From Vulcanimicrobiota bacterium (GTDB lineage: Bacteria > Vulcanimicrobiota > Vulcanimicrobiia > Eremiobacterales > Eremiobacteraceae), in contig CAWDVP010000004.1 in assembly GCA_963805945.1 (NCBI GenBank), positions 120,830-184,829 of the forward strand: a DNA stretch of 64,000 nt, in the 5' to 3' direction. The notes under the pieces are model-generated. The model searched no databases. It saw only the letters and a list, made by a program, of their open reading frames with translations, and was not told the DNA's origin. A program made the position numbers and the translations under genes. Shown here piece after piece: positions 18,132 to 27,956 of this stretch. The first letter of the stretch is position 1, and each line of letters begins with the position of its first letter.

Positions 18132-19336
18132 GTCGCTTTCGCCGGCCGCGTCGTCGCTTTTGCCGTCCGCTTCGCGGGCTTGAGCGCCGGCGTGACTTCG
18201 GGCGCGCCGTTGTGCGCGATGGCGCCGGGCTGCGCGGTCTGCTGTGCGGCCTGTGCGGCGCGCGCCGCGCGCGCGAGCTCCCGCGTGCGCGCGATCTGCT
18301 CGTCGCTCACCGGTTTGTCGAACGCGCGCATGCTCGCGAGCTTGAAGCCGTGCTTGTCGGCGAGCCGCTCCATCTCGAGCACTTTGTCGAGATGGATGCC
18401 GCGGCCGAGCGAATAGTTCTCGAAACGTCCTTCGAGCGTGAGGATCATCGTCTCCGACATGCACGCGAGCGCGGTGCGCGGCGGCAGGCCGAAGTCGAAG
18501 TGGAAATCGGGCTCGCCCGGCACGAGGATGTTGCCGCCTTCGCTCACCAGCACGTCCGGCCGCTCCGACGCGACGCGTCGCGAGACGTCGTGCGGCAGCG
18601 AGACCTCGGAGATGACCGCGCCAGGGCGCAGGTCCTCAGGCTCGACGATCGTCGAGACGGCGGAGGTCGCGGTGAGGATGAGGTCGGCGCTGCGCACCGC
18701 CTCGCGGATATCGGTGGTCCAGTCGAGCGCCGCCGAGACGTGCGGTTGCATCGCTTGCGTGAGATTCTTCAAGCGCGTCGCGTTACGCGCGGCAAGCGTC
18801 AGGCGCGCGACCTTAGTGCCGAGGATCTGGGAACACGCCGAGCCGATAGAGCCGGTCGCGCCGATGACCACGGCGTGCGCGGACGCGAGATCGACATCGA
18901 GCTCGCGCGCGCCGCGGAACGCGCTTTGGATGCCCGACGCGATGGTGTACGTGTTGCCGGTGGTGATGGCGATCCCCGGCACGGTCTCGGCAAGCGTCAC
19001 GCCGCCGTCGCCGACGACCGCGGAGAAGCCGCCCAGGCCGATGATGCCGCAGCCAAGCTCCTTCGCCAGCTTCGCGGCGCCGACGAGGCGGTCCATGATG
19101 AAGTCCCGCGGCAGATCAAGCCATTGTTCGGGCATGATCGGCACGCCGATGAACACGCCTTCGATCTCCTCGCCGGTGCTCGCGCTGCGCACGCCGGTGA
19201 TGTCGGAGACGCGATACGGCGGGATCCACTCGAGGATCTTCTTGATGATGGCGCGCCCCTTGCCGACGGCGCCGGGCTCGTAACGCTCGACGTCGTCGTA
19301 GGACAGCGGGTGCACCAGGAAGCCGAACTTGCGCAA
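18128..19336 (-). CDS. Acyl-ACP/thioester reductase-like NAD(P)-binding protein (COG5322-like)
   Basis: FGFLVHP, IIGLGGFSAVVGD, TTGNTYT, GATGSIGS, and LACMSETMILTLEG with the putative catalytic Cys. Confidence 0.8.
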   Translation of the reverse strand: MRKFGFLVHPLSYDDVERYEPGAVGKGRAIIKKILEWIPPYRVSDITGVRSASTGEEIEGVFIGVPIMPEQWLDLPRDFIMDRLVGAAKLAKELGCGIIGLGGFSAVVGDGGVTLAETVPGIAITTGNTYTIASGIQSAFRGARELDVDLASAHAVVIGATGSIGSACSQILGTKVARLTLAARNATRLKNLTQAMQPHVSAALDWTTDIREAVRSADLILTATSAVSTIVEPEDLRPGAVISEVSLPHDVSRRVASERPDVLVSEGGNILVPGEPDFHFDFGLPPRTALACMSETMILTLEGRFENYSLGRGIHLDKVLEMERLADKHGFKLASMRAFDKPVSDEQIARTRELARAARAAQAAQQTAQPGAIAHNGAPEVTPALKPAKRTAKATTRPAKAT

Positions 19337-19393
19337 TGGGCGGCCTGAACCTCAGATAGGCCCGGTCAAAGGGCGCCGGGACAGAGGCTCTTT

Positions 19394-19840
19394 CTACGCG
19401 CGGCGCGCCGCTTCCGCCCTGGTCTTCAGCGCGGTGAGCATCATGAGCGAGTTCTCTTCGACCTTCCTCTGAAGCGTCGGCCCGATGAGCTCGGCCAGCG
19501 TCGGCACCCCGAAATCGTAGTCGACGCCGAGGACCACGTGGGTCGTGCCGCCGCGCTCTTCAAAGGTCCACGAGCCCTCGAATTTGTCGAGATCGCCCTC
19601 GGTGAGGCGGTAGTCGATGCGGGTGCGGGCGTCGTCGAAGACGTCGATCTCCGTCCATTCGATCGGCGCTTCTTCCACCAACGTCTTCCAACGCGTCGTC
19701 GTGCTGTTGCCGTCGCGCGAGAGCACGGTGACGGCCTCGACGTCGGGCATGAAGTCCGGATAGTGCTCCATGTCCTTGGCGAGCTCGTAGATAGCCCGCG
19801 CCGGCGCAGCGATGTCGATCGTGGTCTCTACATAAGGCAT
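19394..19840 (-). CDS. SRPBCC / polyketide cyclase-dehydrase family protein
   Basis: DMEHYPDFMPDV and GDLDKFEGSWTF. Confidence 0.88.
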   Translation of the reverse strand: MPYVETTIDIAAPARAIYELAKDMEHYPDFMPDVEAVTVLSRDGNSTTTRWKTLVEEAPIEWTEIDVFDDARTRIDYRLTEGDLDKFEGSWTFEERGGTTHVVLGVDYDFGVPTLAELIGPTLQRKVEENSLMMLTALKTRAEAARRA

Positions 19841-19885
19841 TGAGCGGCCGTGCGGGCTCCCGTGCGCATGAAAAATCGCGCCGTC

Positions 19886-21148
19886 TTACGAGCGCGCGGT
19901 GCGTGCAAGGTCACCCAGTTTTTCCTTGGCGGTGACCAGTCCTTGTTCGAGCAGCCGCAGCGCTTCGTCGATCTCGTCTTTCGTCACGATGAGCGCGGGC
20001 TCGAGCCGGATGACCCGCTGTTGATTGAGGGTGTAGGCGACGGTGAGCCCGAGTTTGAGACATTCCGGGATGATCGCGCCGCCGTAGCCTTCGTTGGTCA
20101 GCTCGACGCCGACGACAAGGCCACGACCGCGCACTTCGCTGATGACGTCGGGGTGGCGCGCCATCAGTCTCTCGGCCTGCGCAAGCAAGTATTCCCCCAA
20201 CTCGCTCGAGCGCTCCACCAGGTGTTCTTCTTCTAAGACCTGCAGCGCGGCGAGGCCGGCGGTGCAAGCGAGCGGGTTGCCGCCGAAGGTCGAGGTGTGG
20301 ATGAGCGGCGCGTGTCCGAAGGCGCTCATCCACACATCGCGTCTGGAGACCGTGACGCCGATCGGAATGACGCCGCCGGAGAGGCCTTTGGCGGCGGTAA
20401 GGATGTCGGGCACGACCCCGTCGTGATCCACGCCCCACAGGTAGCCCGTGCGTCCGAGCCCGGTCTGTACTTCATCGGCGATGAACAGCGCGCCGTGCTT
20501 GTCGCACAGCTCGCGCACGCCGCGCAAGTAGCCGTCGGGCGGCACGATGACGCCGCCTTCGCATTGGATCGGCTCGACGATGAACGCGGCCGCCTCGGGC
20601 AGCGCCTCATCGAGCGCCTCGAGATCGCCGAAGACCACATGGGTGAACTCAGGGATCAGCGGCTTGAACGAATCTTTGAAGACGTCGCGGCCGGTGGCGG
20701 TGAGCGAGCCCATCGTCTTGCCGTGGTAGGCGTTGTGCGTGCTCACGAGCTTGGTGCGTTTGGTCGACAGGCGCGCCATCTTCAGCGCCGCCTCCACCGC
20801 TTCGGTGCCGCTGTTCGAGAAGAAGCTGATCGTGAGGTCGCCCGGCGCGATGCGCGCGACTGCTGTCGCGAGTTCGGCGGTCTTGGCGTTGAAGAACACG
20901 CGCGACGAGAGCGCCATGTGCTCGAGCTGGGCGCGCACCGCGGCAACGACCTTCGGGTGCATGTAGCCGAGTGTGAAGACGCCGTAGCCGCCGCAGAAAT
21001 CGAGATACGACTTGCCTTTTTCGTCGAAGACGCGGCAGCCGTGCGACTCGACCTCGACCGTCGCGCCGGCGAGCTTCATGAAGCGCGCCAGCGGCGGGTT
21101 GATGTGCTCTTTATACGCGTTGTAGACGCTATCGAAATCCATCGTCAC
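19886..21148 (-). CDS. Class III PLP aminotransferase (putrescine/acetylornithine-type)
   Basis: SNSGTEAVEAALK, YHGKT, IADEVQTGLGRTG, AKGLSGG, STFGGNP. Confidence 0.93.
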   Translation of the reverse strand: MTMDFDSVYNAYKEHINPPLARFMKLAGATVEVESHGCRVFDEKGKSYLDFCGGYGVFTLGYMHPKVVAAVRAQLEHMALSSRVFFNAKTAELATAVARIAPGDLTISFFSNSGTEAVEAALKMARLSTKRTKLVSTHNAYHGKTMGSLTATGRDVFKDSFKPLIPEFTHVVFGDLEALDEALPEAAAFIVEPIQCEGGVIVPPDGYLRGVRELCDKHGALFIADEVQTGLGRTGYLWGVDHDGVVPDILTAAKGLSGGVIPIGVTVSRRDVWMSAFGHAPLIHTSTFGGNPLACTAGLAALQVLEEEHLVERSSELGEYLLAQAERLMARHPDVISEVRGRGLVVGVELTNEGYGGAIIPECLKLGLTVAYTLNQQRVIRLEPALIVTKDEIDEALRLLEQGLVTAKEKLGDLARTARS

Positions 21149-21155
21149 GACCGCT

Positions 21156-22781
21156 TTAGTGCGACACGACGGTTATCATGCCGGTCATGCCCTGATGGTA
21201 ATCGCAGTGGTAGCTGATAGGACCCACCCGTGGGAACTTATAGGTGAAGGATTCGCCGGGCGGCAAGTCGCCGACGATCGAGCTGTCGCTCGACACCACG
21301 TCGTGCGCGTCCGTGTCCTTGTTCACCCACGTCACCGACCCGCCGACGTGGACGACGGTGTTGCTCGGAAACGAATCATCGGTGATATCGATCTCGACAT
21401 GCATCGGCGCCGGTGGGGGCGCGGCGGTCGGCGGCGGAGACGAGACCACCTGCGAATTGACGCACAGCGGCGAACTTGGATCCGACTGGACGCTGCCGTG
21501 ATAGGCCCTGACGATGAAACACTCGGGAACCTTGAACGGCCCGAGGTCGGCGCCTCGTATGCCGCCGTTGGACTGGTGGGCGACCTCCGGGCCGCCCGCT
21601 TGATACACGTTGTAGCCGTCGACGCTGGACACGCAACCGGATCCGCCGCACGGATTCCAATTCCAATACAACACGGTGTGCCCCGTGCTGATGTATCCAT
21701 CGCACTGTCCGCTCGACGATCCGAAGACGGCCTCACACGTGGCGATGTTCTGGATGGTGCGCACGTTCCACGGCGCCGCCACGTACGCGCTCTGCCCGAC
21801 GCAGTGCGTGCCGCTGTCATTCGATTCACGGCTCGTCGTGAACGCCGTGACCACGAAGCACTCGCCTTGGCTGAACGGCGAGATGCCTCGCAGCGTGATG
21901 CTGGGATTCGTCTGCGTGTCCACCAGCGTGCGCGTATAGCCTGCGTAGTGCACCTGATGCGCCATCGTGGTATGCAGTGTCGTGATCGGCTCGAGCTTGA
22001 GCATCGTCACCGAGTATATGTGAAAGCCTTGGATCTGCTGCACACAGTTCGCGCTCTTGCAGGCCGCCCAGTTCCACACGAGCAGCAGCAGCCCGGTTTG
22101 CCCGATCACGGTCGGGCATATGAAGGCACCGGCCAAGCCCACATGGGCGGTGCAGACGCTGGGATTTGTGGTATACGTGAGGCCGGTGGGCGCGGCGACG
22201 AAACTCGGCGGCCCGGGGCTCGCCGTCGGATGCCCAAAGGGGATGACTTTCGTCGGATGCAGCACGATCATGCTCGGGCTGGGATGCGGCGTCGCGCCGG
22301 CGTGCCCTTTGTTTGTGGAATGCGCGACGGACGCCGCTGATGCCGTCGTGCAACCGGCCGAGCGCACGGTCGTGATCTGGCCGGCGTCGTTGTTGAAATC
22401 GCTCTCTTTGATCCAGTGGCCCTGATTGATGATGACCGCGAGCGGCATCTTGGGCGCGGTCGCTTTGCCGGACGCGTGGCGCACCAGATCGACTTCGACG
22501 ACAGCCGAGCCGTTGGCCGCGATGGCGGGTAGCCCGGCGCTGCCGGTCCAGCTATGCGGCGTCGCGCTATCGTGGACGAACACCGCCGCGACGCCGCTGG
22601 CCGCCGGGCTGGACGCCGAACCGTGATTCGCGACGGTGATGCTGACCGCATACGTCTGTTCCGACCCGCTGCACGTCTCGGTCGCCGCTGTCGCCGCGAT
22701 CACGAGATCCGGCTTGCCGCTCGCGTGAGCATGCGCCGACCCGATGACGAGCAGAAGCACGAAAAGAGCTAGCGTCTTCAT
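21156..22781 (-). CDS. Secreted multidomain protein: CARDB-like domain, two Cys-rich FN3-like repeats, C-terminal cupredoxin
   Basis: Signal peptide; KPDLVI...ESDFNND; repeated WNW..C...C...G[FY].[IV]Y...ECF.V.A; HDV and YHCDYHQGM Cu ligands. Confidence 0.75.
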   Translation of the reverse strand: MKTLALFVLLLVIGSAHAHASGKPDLVIAATAATETCSGSEQTYAVSITVANHGSASSPAASGVAAVFVHDSATPHSWTGSAGLPAIAANGSAVVEVDLVRHASGKATAPKMPLAVIINQGHWIKESDFNNDAGQITTVRSAGCTTASAASVAHSTNKGHAGATPHPSPSMIVLHPTKVIPFGHPTASPGPPSFVAAPTGLTYTTNPSVCTAHVGLAGAFICPTVIGQTGLLLLVWNWAACKSANCVQQIQGFHIYSVTMLKLEPITTLHTTMAHQVHYAGYTRTLVDTQTNPSITLRGISPFSQGECFVVTAFTTSRESNDSGTHCVGQSAYVAAPWNVRTIQNIATCEAVFGSSSGQCDGYISTGHTVLYWNWNPCGGSGCVSSVDGYNVYQAGGPEVAHQSNGGIRGADLGPFKVPECFIVRAYHGSVQSDPSSPLCVNSQVVSSPPPTAAPPPAPMHVEIDITDDSFPSNTVVHVGGSVTWVNKDTDAHDVVSSDSSIVGDLPPGESFTYKFPRVGPISYHCDYHQGMTGMITVVSH

Positions 22782-22840
22782 GGCTGGGCCACTGCTTCTG
22801 CCTCGGAGGTGCGGCATCCCGCGATTCGAACGTGCTCGCC

Positions 22841-23407
22841 ATGCTCGACAGCGCCGAAGCTACCATAAGTTCGCAGCTCCAAGACGGCGAGCAGCTTCTC
22901 TGGAGCGGCCGGCCGCGTCAGGGCCTGCTGCTCCAGAACACGGACATCATCGTCATCCCCACCACTCTGCTCTTCAGCGGCTTCATCTTCTATTGGGAAT
23001 ACGAGGTCGTCACCACGCATCAGTTCTGGGTGCTGCAGCTGTGGGGCATCCCGTTCGTGCTGCTCGCGCTCTTCTTGGTGATCGGGCGTTTTTTTATCGA
23101 CGCCGCGGTGCGCGGCAAGACGTACTACGGCCTCACCGACCGGCGCATCGTCAGCGTGGTCGGCGACAAGACGACGAGCTACGCGTTAGGCGACATCAGC
23201 GGCATGGGAGCGAGCGCCGCCAGGAACGGCGTCGGCAATATCGTGTTCGGTGTGCCCGGCACGACGGTGCCGAACGACATGAGCGCGATCCTCGGCAGTT
23301 CCCGCTCGGGCTGGCCGCAGTGGAGCTTGATCGACGACGCGCGCGGAGTGCGCGCGCAGATCGAAACCGCGCGCCAGGCGCTTCAAACGGGATCCGCCGC
23401 GACCTAG
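22841..23407 (+). CDS. Membrane protein with bacterial PH-like domain
   Basis: LQDGEQLLWSGRP, two TMs, YGLTDRRIV. Confidence 0.7.
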   Translation: MLDSAEATISSQLQDGEQLLWSGRPRQGLLLQNTDIIVIPTTLLFSGFIFYWEYEVVTTHQFWVLQLWGIPFVLLALFLVIGRFFIDAAVRGKTYYGLTDRRIVSVVGDKTTSYALGDISGMGASAARNGVGNIVFGVPGTTVPNDMSAILGSSRSGWPQWSLIDDARGVRAQIETARQALQTGSAAT

Positions 23408-23410
23408 TTA

Positions 23411-23433
23411 CCCGAGCTTCGCTCGGGCACTAC
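23411..23433 (-). repeat. REP family C hairpin
   Basis: GTAGTGCCCGAGCGAAGCTCGGG on the minus strand; identical to 38362-38384. Confidence 0.8.
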
Positions 23434-23448
23434 GGCCCGTTTCGCGTG

Positions 23449-24519
23449 TTAGCCGAGTTTGGTGCCGCAGTTACCGCAGAACTTGGCGCCTTCGGGATTC
23501 TGCTGATGGCATTGCGGGCACTCGACCGTCGTGACCACCGCTTTGCCGCACTCCGGGCAGAACTTCGCGTCTGCCGGGATCTTCGCCTGACAGTGCGGGC
23601 AGGCGATCATCGCGACCGCCGCGCCGGCAGCGGCCGCGCCGCCACCGCCCGCAGCCGCGCCCGCGTTGCCCGCTTGCATCGCTTGGTTGAGCATGCCGGG
23701 GATCGCAAAACCGAGTCCGGCGCCCATGCCGATGCCCGCGGCCGCGCCCGCTGAGCCGCCGGGGTTCTGCGCGGCCTCTTCGAGCGAACGCGCAGCCTTG
23801 AACTGCATGTACTGATTCATGTTCCCGACGACGCCCATGCCGGTACGCTCGTCGATGACCTTCTGCACGTCGTCCGGCGGCGTGATCGCGTTGATGAGGA
23901 AATCGACCAGCTCGACGCCGTACTGCGCGAAGTCGTCCTTGACGCGCGCCTTGGCGGCCGCGTCGAGCGCGTCGTAGTTCTTGGCCAGGTCGAGCACGCT
24001 CTTCACCGTCTCGCCGAGCAGGTTGTTGAGCCGCGACACGATGATGTTGCGGAAGAAGTCCTGTAGCGACTCAGACGTGTAGACGTTTGCCGTGCCGACG
24101 ATCTTGTTGACGAACAGCTGCGCATCGGTGACGCGCACCGAGAAGATGCCGTACGCGCGCAGACGCACCATCGAGAACTCGGCATCGCGGAAGAGGATCG
24201 GCTCGGCCGTGCCCCAGCGCAGGTTCGTGAAGACGTTCATGCTCACGAAGTAGACCTGGCTCTGGAACGGCGAGGTGCCGCCGAACGGGATCGACAGGAA
24301 CTTGGTGAGGACGGGCAGGTTCTGCGTCGACAGCGTGTAGCGGCCCGGCGTGAAGGTGTCGAGCGCGCGGCCATCGCGGAAGAACACCGCGGCCTGGCTC
24401 TCCTGCACGATGAGCTGGCTGCCCCACTTGATGTCGGTGGAGCCGGTCTCGGGCCAGCGATGCACGATCTGCTGCCCTGTGTTGTCGAAGAACTCGATGA
24501 CCGAAAGGCCGAGTGCCAT
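23449..24519 (-). CDS. SPFH-domain protein (YdjI-like) with double zinc ribbon
   Basis: GSQLIVQESQAAVFFRDG, PFQSQVYFV; C-terminal CPHC/CPEC/CPQC/CGNC. Confidence 0.88.
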   Translation of the reverse strand: MALGLSVIEFFDNTGQQIVHRWPETGSTDIKWGSQLIVQESQAAVFFRDGRALDTFTPGRYTLSTQNLPVLTKFLSIPFGGTSPFQSQVYFVSMNVFTNLRWGTAEPILFRDAEFSMVRLRAYGIFSVRVTDAQLFVNKIVGTANVYTSESLQDFFRNIIVSRLNNLLGETVKSVLDLAKNYDALDAAAKARVKDDFAQYGVELVDFLINAITPPDDVQKVIDERTGMGVVGNMNQYMQFKAARSLEEAAQNPGGSAGAAAGIGMGAGLGFAIPGMLNQAMQAGNAGAAAGGGGAAAAGAAVAMIACPHCQAKIPADAKFCPECGKAVVTTVECPQCHQQNPEGAKFCGNCGTKLG

Positions 24520-24568
24520 GATGTGTGTCCTTTTACCTCGTGCTCACGCCGTTTGAGTGTGGGTAACG

Positions 24569-25213
24569 CTAGTTCTGCGGTGCGGTCAATGGATCGAAGA
24601 GATGCTGCCGCGCCTCGAAGCGCCGATCGAATTCCGCGCTCAGCGCGTCAAGCGCCGAGAGCGCCGCGGTGAGTTTGGCAGGATCGCTCGCCGCCGCTTC
24701 CACGCCCGCGATCGCGGAGTCGAAACCGCCGAGATCGTTCATAATGCCCGCGTCGTATTGGTACAACCGCGCGAGCTCGGGATCGCCGAGCTGCACGCGA
24801 TCGAAGACGGCGGAGTAGCCGTAATCGGCGAAGCGCATGCGGTCGATCAATTTCTCGAGGCGCCGTCCGCTCAGATCGATGAGCGACAATCCGTCGAGGC
24901 TGCCCGAGCGCGAGATGCTGTCGACGACGCCGTCGAGCCGGCCCTTGATGCCGGTCAGCCGCTCGCCGATGATCGCGCGCAGCTGCTTGTCCGCGGTCCG
25001 GCGATCCTCGACCGCCTTGTAGCCTGCGAACCCAGGGATGAGGTGCGCGATGTTGGCCAGCGCATCGCCGACGCTGGGCAGATGCGCGTTGATGGTGTCG
25101 ACCCGTTGCTGGAAGGTCGGCCCAGGCGCAGGCGCGGCGGCCGGCGACACGGGTACCGCGGCGGGCGCAGCCGGCACTACGGCCGGTGCTTGCGGGGCGT
25201 CTTGATCAGGCAT
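24569..25213 (-). CDS. Conserved helical hypothetical protein
   Basis: IPGFAGYKAVEDRRTADKQLR, FADYGYS, LYQYD; co-oriented upstream of the SPFH gene. Confidence 0.75.
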   Translation of the reverse strand: MPDQDAPQAPAVVPAAPAAVPVSPAAAPAPGPTFQQRVDTINAHLPSVGDALANIAHLIPGFAGYKAVEDRRTADKQLRAIIGERLTGIKGRLDGVVDSISRSGSLDGLSLIDLSGRRLEKLIDRMRFADYGYSAVFDRVQLGDPELARLYQYDAGIMNDLGGFDSAIAGVEAAASDPAKLTAALSALDALSAEFDRRFEARQHLFDPLTAPQN

Positions 25214-25338
25214 GCGATGGTCGCTCCTTGGAAAGGCGTGTTCGTGCGGCCCGTGTTTCGTCCATTATATCGGTATCCCCGGCCAAAGGTTGCACCGCGC
25301 GAGGCCCGCGTTGTCCCGCTCGGCCTTAACGGGAAGAA

Positions 25339-25365
25339 AGGGCCGACCTAAAGGTCGGCCCCTAC
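25339..25365 (-). repeat. REP family A hairpin
   Basis: GTAGGGGCCGACCTTTAGGTCGGCCCT on the minus strand. Confidence 0.85.
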
Positions 25366-25381
25366 ATATGAGCGCGTGGGG

Positions 25382-26761
25382 CTATTTCGAGGCTTGGAGC
25401 GGCGGCGCCGTCCACTGGCCGTCGAGCACCTCTTGCTTCGGCCAGTACAAGCGCATCACCACGTAGATGAGACCATCCGGCGCGGGCAGCCAGTTCGATT
25501 CCAAATCCTTGCCGGGCGATGTGGCTTGGAGGTACAGCGTGATGCCCCCGTCCGCGTTCTTCTTCAACTGCGGCAGCATCGGCGAGTTGATCAAGTATCG
25601 GTCCAGCGGATTGGCGACGAGCAGTTGGGTCTTGCCGTCGTACATCGTCACCGACCAGAAGGCGTTCACCGGCGGCAGTTTGCCTGGCGCGAAAGTCAGC
25701 TGATAGTTATTTTTGGACGCGTCGAATTGGTTGCCGTCCGGGCCGAGCTTATAGAACGCGTAGGTCGCCTCCGCCGCGGAATTGCCGTAGATCCCCAGTT
25801 GCGCGCCCACCGCCCGATTCAGGTAGTTGTTCTTCAGGAACTCGCGCGTGCCGAAATATTGGGCGGAAGAGCCCTTTGCCTTCGCGACGGCTGCGTCAAT
25901 GGCTGCGTTCCCATCCGTCATCCCGCCGGCGAGCGCGGTCGCCATAGGGCCTGTCATCGCGACGGTCTTGAACGGCGCGATGCCGATGATCGCGAAATTC
26001 TGACGCAGCTGAACCTCGCTCGGGTCGACGGAACAGAGCTGCAGCAAGAAGTTCAGATAGTTGAAGAAGCCGATACCCGCCACTGCCTTGGGATCGTAGG
26101 TCGGCCAGTTGATCTTCGGCGGCGGCTCCGGCCTGGGGCGGTTCGCGAAGACGCTGAGCTGCTGGACCTTATAGCCCGCCTGGATCTTCTTCACGTTATC
26201 AAGGTCGCTCGGGCCGAACAGCTGCGTCCGGTAGAGGGCGATCGCGAACCGCGTTTCGCTCCTGATGACTTTCGTGATGCCCGCGGGGGTCGCACCCGTC
26301 CACTCGGGGCCGGCGATCAAGAAGTGGCCGCCGCCGTTGCCGGTCGTGCGCGAGCCGAGATACGCGAAATTGTAGGTGTACAGGTCGATCAACTGGACCG
26401 AATAGTAGCGGTCTTTCTCGATCGCCGGCAGCGTGAGCACGAGCGGCTCGGTCAGGTCCATGCCGACGAATGAATACGGCGTGTCGCTGTTCGGCGTCAC
26501 GACGGTGGTGTCGGCAGGTGTGTACACGTTGGCGGTGTTGTAGATCGTGTTGAAGCCTGTCTTGTATTGCGGATTGTTTTTATCGATAAAATAGGCGAAT
26601 ATGGCCTTGTAGTTGTCGACCATGGGATAGCCGTAGATGTAGGCTTGCGTCGCGATCGCGCGAGCTTGCGTCGGATTCGGTGAGTCCGCAGCCCGCGCAC
26701 TCGTGGCGCCAGCGAGGGCGACGAAAAGAGAGAGACTCAGTGCGAATACATGCTTTTGCAT
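25382..26761 (-). CDS. Secreted DUF1254/DUF1214 protein
   Basis: AYIYGYP, VVTPNSDTPYS, PPVNAFWSVTMYD, NWLPAP, MRLYWP. Confidence 0.9.
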   Translation of the reverse strand: MQKHVFALSLSLFVALAGATSARAADSPNPTQARAIATQAYIYGYPMVDNYKAIFAYFIDKNNPQYKTGFNTIYNTANVYTPADTTVVTPNSDTPYSFVGMDLTEPLVLTLPAIEKDRYYSVQLIDLYTYNFAYLGSRTTGNGGGHFLIAGPEWTGATPAGITKVIRSETRFAIALYRTQLFGPSDLDNVKKIQAGYKVQQLSVFANRPRPEPPPKINWPTYDPKAVAGIGFFNYLNFLLQLCSVDPSEVQLRQNFAIIGIAPFKTVAMTGPMATALAGGMTDGNAAIDAAVAKAKGSSAQYFGTREFLKNNYLNRAVGAQLGIYGNSAAEATYAFYKLGPDGNQFDASKNNYQLTFAPGKLPPVNAFWSVTMYDGKTQLLVANPLDRYLINSPMLPQLKKNADGGITLYLQATSPGKDLESNWLPAPDGLIYVVMRLYWPKQEVLDGQWTAPPLQASK

Positions 26762-26807
26762 GCCGCGTCTTTCTGAGCGACGCGCGCCGACTCCCTCGGG
26801 CATTGGA

Positions 26808-27845
26808 CTAGATCGCGAGCGCGGTGTCCTGGTCTTCGAAGTCGCCGACGCCGACGACTTCAAGTTCTTGAGATCGCGCTTCTTCTAATATCGCGCGCAC
26901 GTCGTCCGAGGTCGGCGCGTGGTTGATCCGCTCGCGCAGGCTCGACGCGCCGTGGATGCCCTTGACGTACCAACCGAGATGTTTGCGCATCTGCAGCACG
27001 CCCGACTTCTCGCCGTAGCGCTCGACCATCGCATCGAGATGCGCGCGCGCGAAATCGATGCGCTCGGCCACCGACGGCGCCGCCGGCACCGGCTCTCCGC
27101 GCATCGCCGCCGCGATCTCGCGCACCAGCCACGGATTGCCGAGCGACGCGCGGCCGATCATGATCGCGTCGACGCCGGTCTCGCTCATGCGCCGCATCGC
27201 GTCGGCGGCGCTGCCGATGTCGCCGTTGCCGATCACCGGCACGTGGAGCACTTCTTTGAGCTTGGCGATATACGACCAGTCAGCCGTGCCCTTATAGAAC
27301 TGCTTGCCGTAGCGCCCGTGCAGCGTGAACGCGTCGATGCCGACCGCCTCCGCCCGTTGCGCGATGTCGAGATGGGTGAAGTTGCTCTGCTCCCAGCCGA
27401 GCCGCATCTTCACGGTGACCGGGACCTTCTTCACCGCTTTGCGCACCGCGTCGCAGATGCGCACCGCGAGATCGGGATCGCGCAGGATGGCGGCGCCATC
27501 GCCGCCTTTGGTGATCTTGGGCGCCGGGCAGCCGAAATTGATGTCGACGATGTCGGCGCCGCATTCTTCCACGAACGCGGCCGCTTGCGCCATGACTTCG
27601 GGATCGCTGCCGTGCAGCTGGACCGCGGTCGGCCGCTCTTCCGGGTAGACGTCGACCATCTCGAGCGTACGCTTGTTCATCCGCAAGAGCGACTGGGCCG
27701 AGACGAATTCGCTCACCGTCAGCCCCAGGCCGAACGGCTTGAGGAGCTTGCGGAACAGAGCATTGGTGACCCCGGCCATCGGCGCGAGGGCCAGCGGCGG
27801 GAACATCTCGATGGCGCCGATGCGCAGCGGTTTGATGGGAGTCAT
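26808..27845 (-). CDS. dusB: tRNA-dihydrouridine synthase
   Basis: LAPMAGVT, DINFGCP, TVKMRLGW, VIGNGD. Confidence 0.93.
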   Translation of the reverse strand: MTPIKPLRIGAIEMFPPLALAPMAGVTNALFRKLLKPFGLGLTVSEFVSAQSLLRMNKRTLEMVDVYPEERPTAVQLHGSDPEVMAQAAAFVEECGADIVDINFGCPAPKITKGGDGAAILRDPDLAVRICDAVRKAVKKVPVTVKMRLGWEQSNFTHLDIAQRAEAVGIDAFTLHGRYGKQFYKGTADWSYIAKLKEVLHVPVIGNGDIGSAADAMRRMSETGVDAIMIGRASLGNPWLVREIAAAMRGEPVPAAPSVAERIDFARAHLDAMVERYGEKSGVLQMRKHLGWYVKGIHGASSLRERINHAPTSDDVRAILEEARSQELEVVGVGDFEDQDTALAI

Positions 27846-27883
27846 ACTCTCGGCCAGATTCGACCGGGCGGGGCGCCGCGCCT

Positions 27884-27903
27884 CGGTCGAATAAATTCGA
27901 CCG
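27884..27903. repeat. REP family B palindrome (other copies 627-646, 41011-41030, 49421-49447, 49460-49484)
   Basis: CGGTCGAATAAATTCGACCG. Confidence 0.75.
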
Positions 27904-27956
27904 CTCCATCGCCACGTGCGCGAAGGGCGAGCCCGCACGCAAGCGAACCCCTCTAG

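Noticed and set aside
17208..19336. Literal shikimate/quinate dehydrogenase function
   Set aside because: AroE substrate motifs (SxSP, N.T.P.K, NTD) are absent; the motifs match acyl-ACP reductase-like proteins
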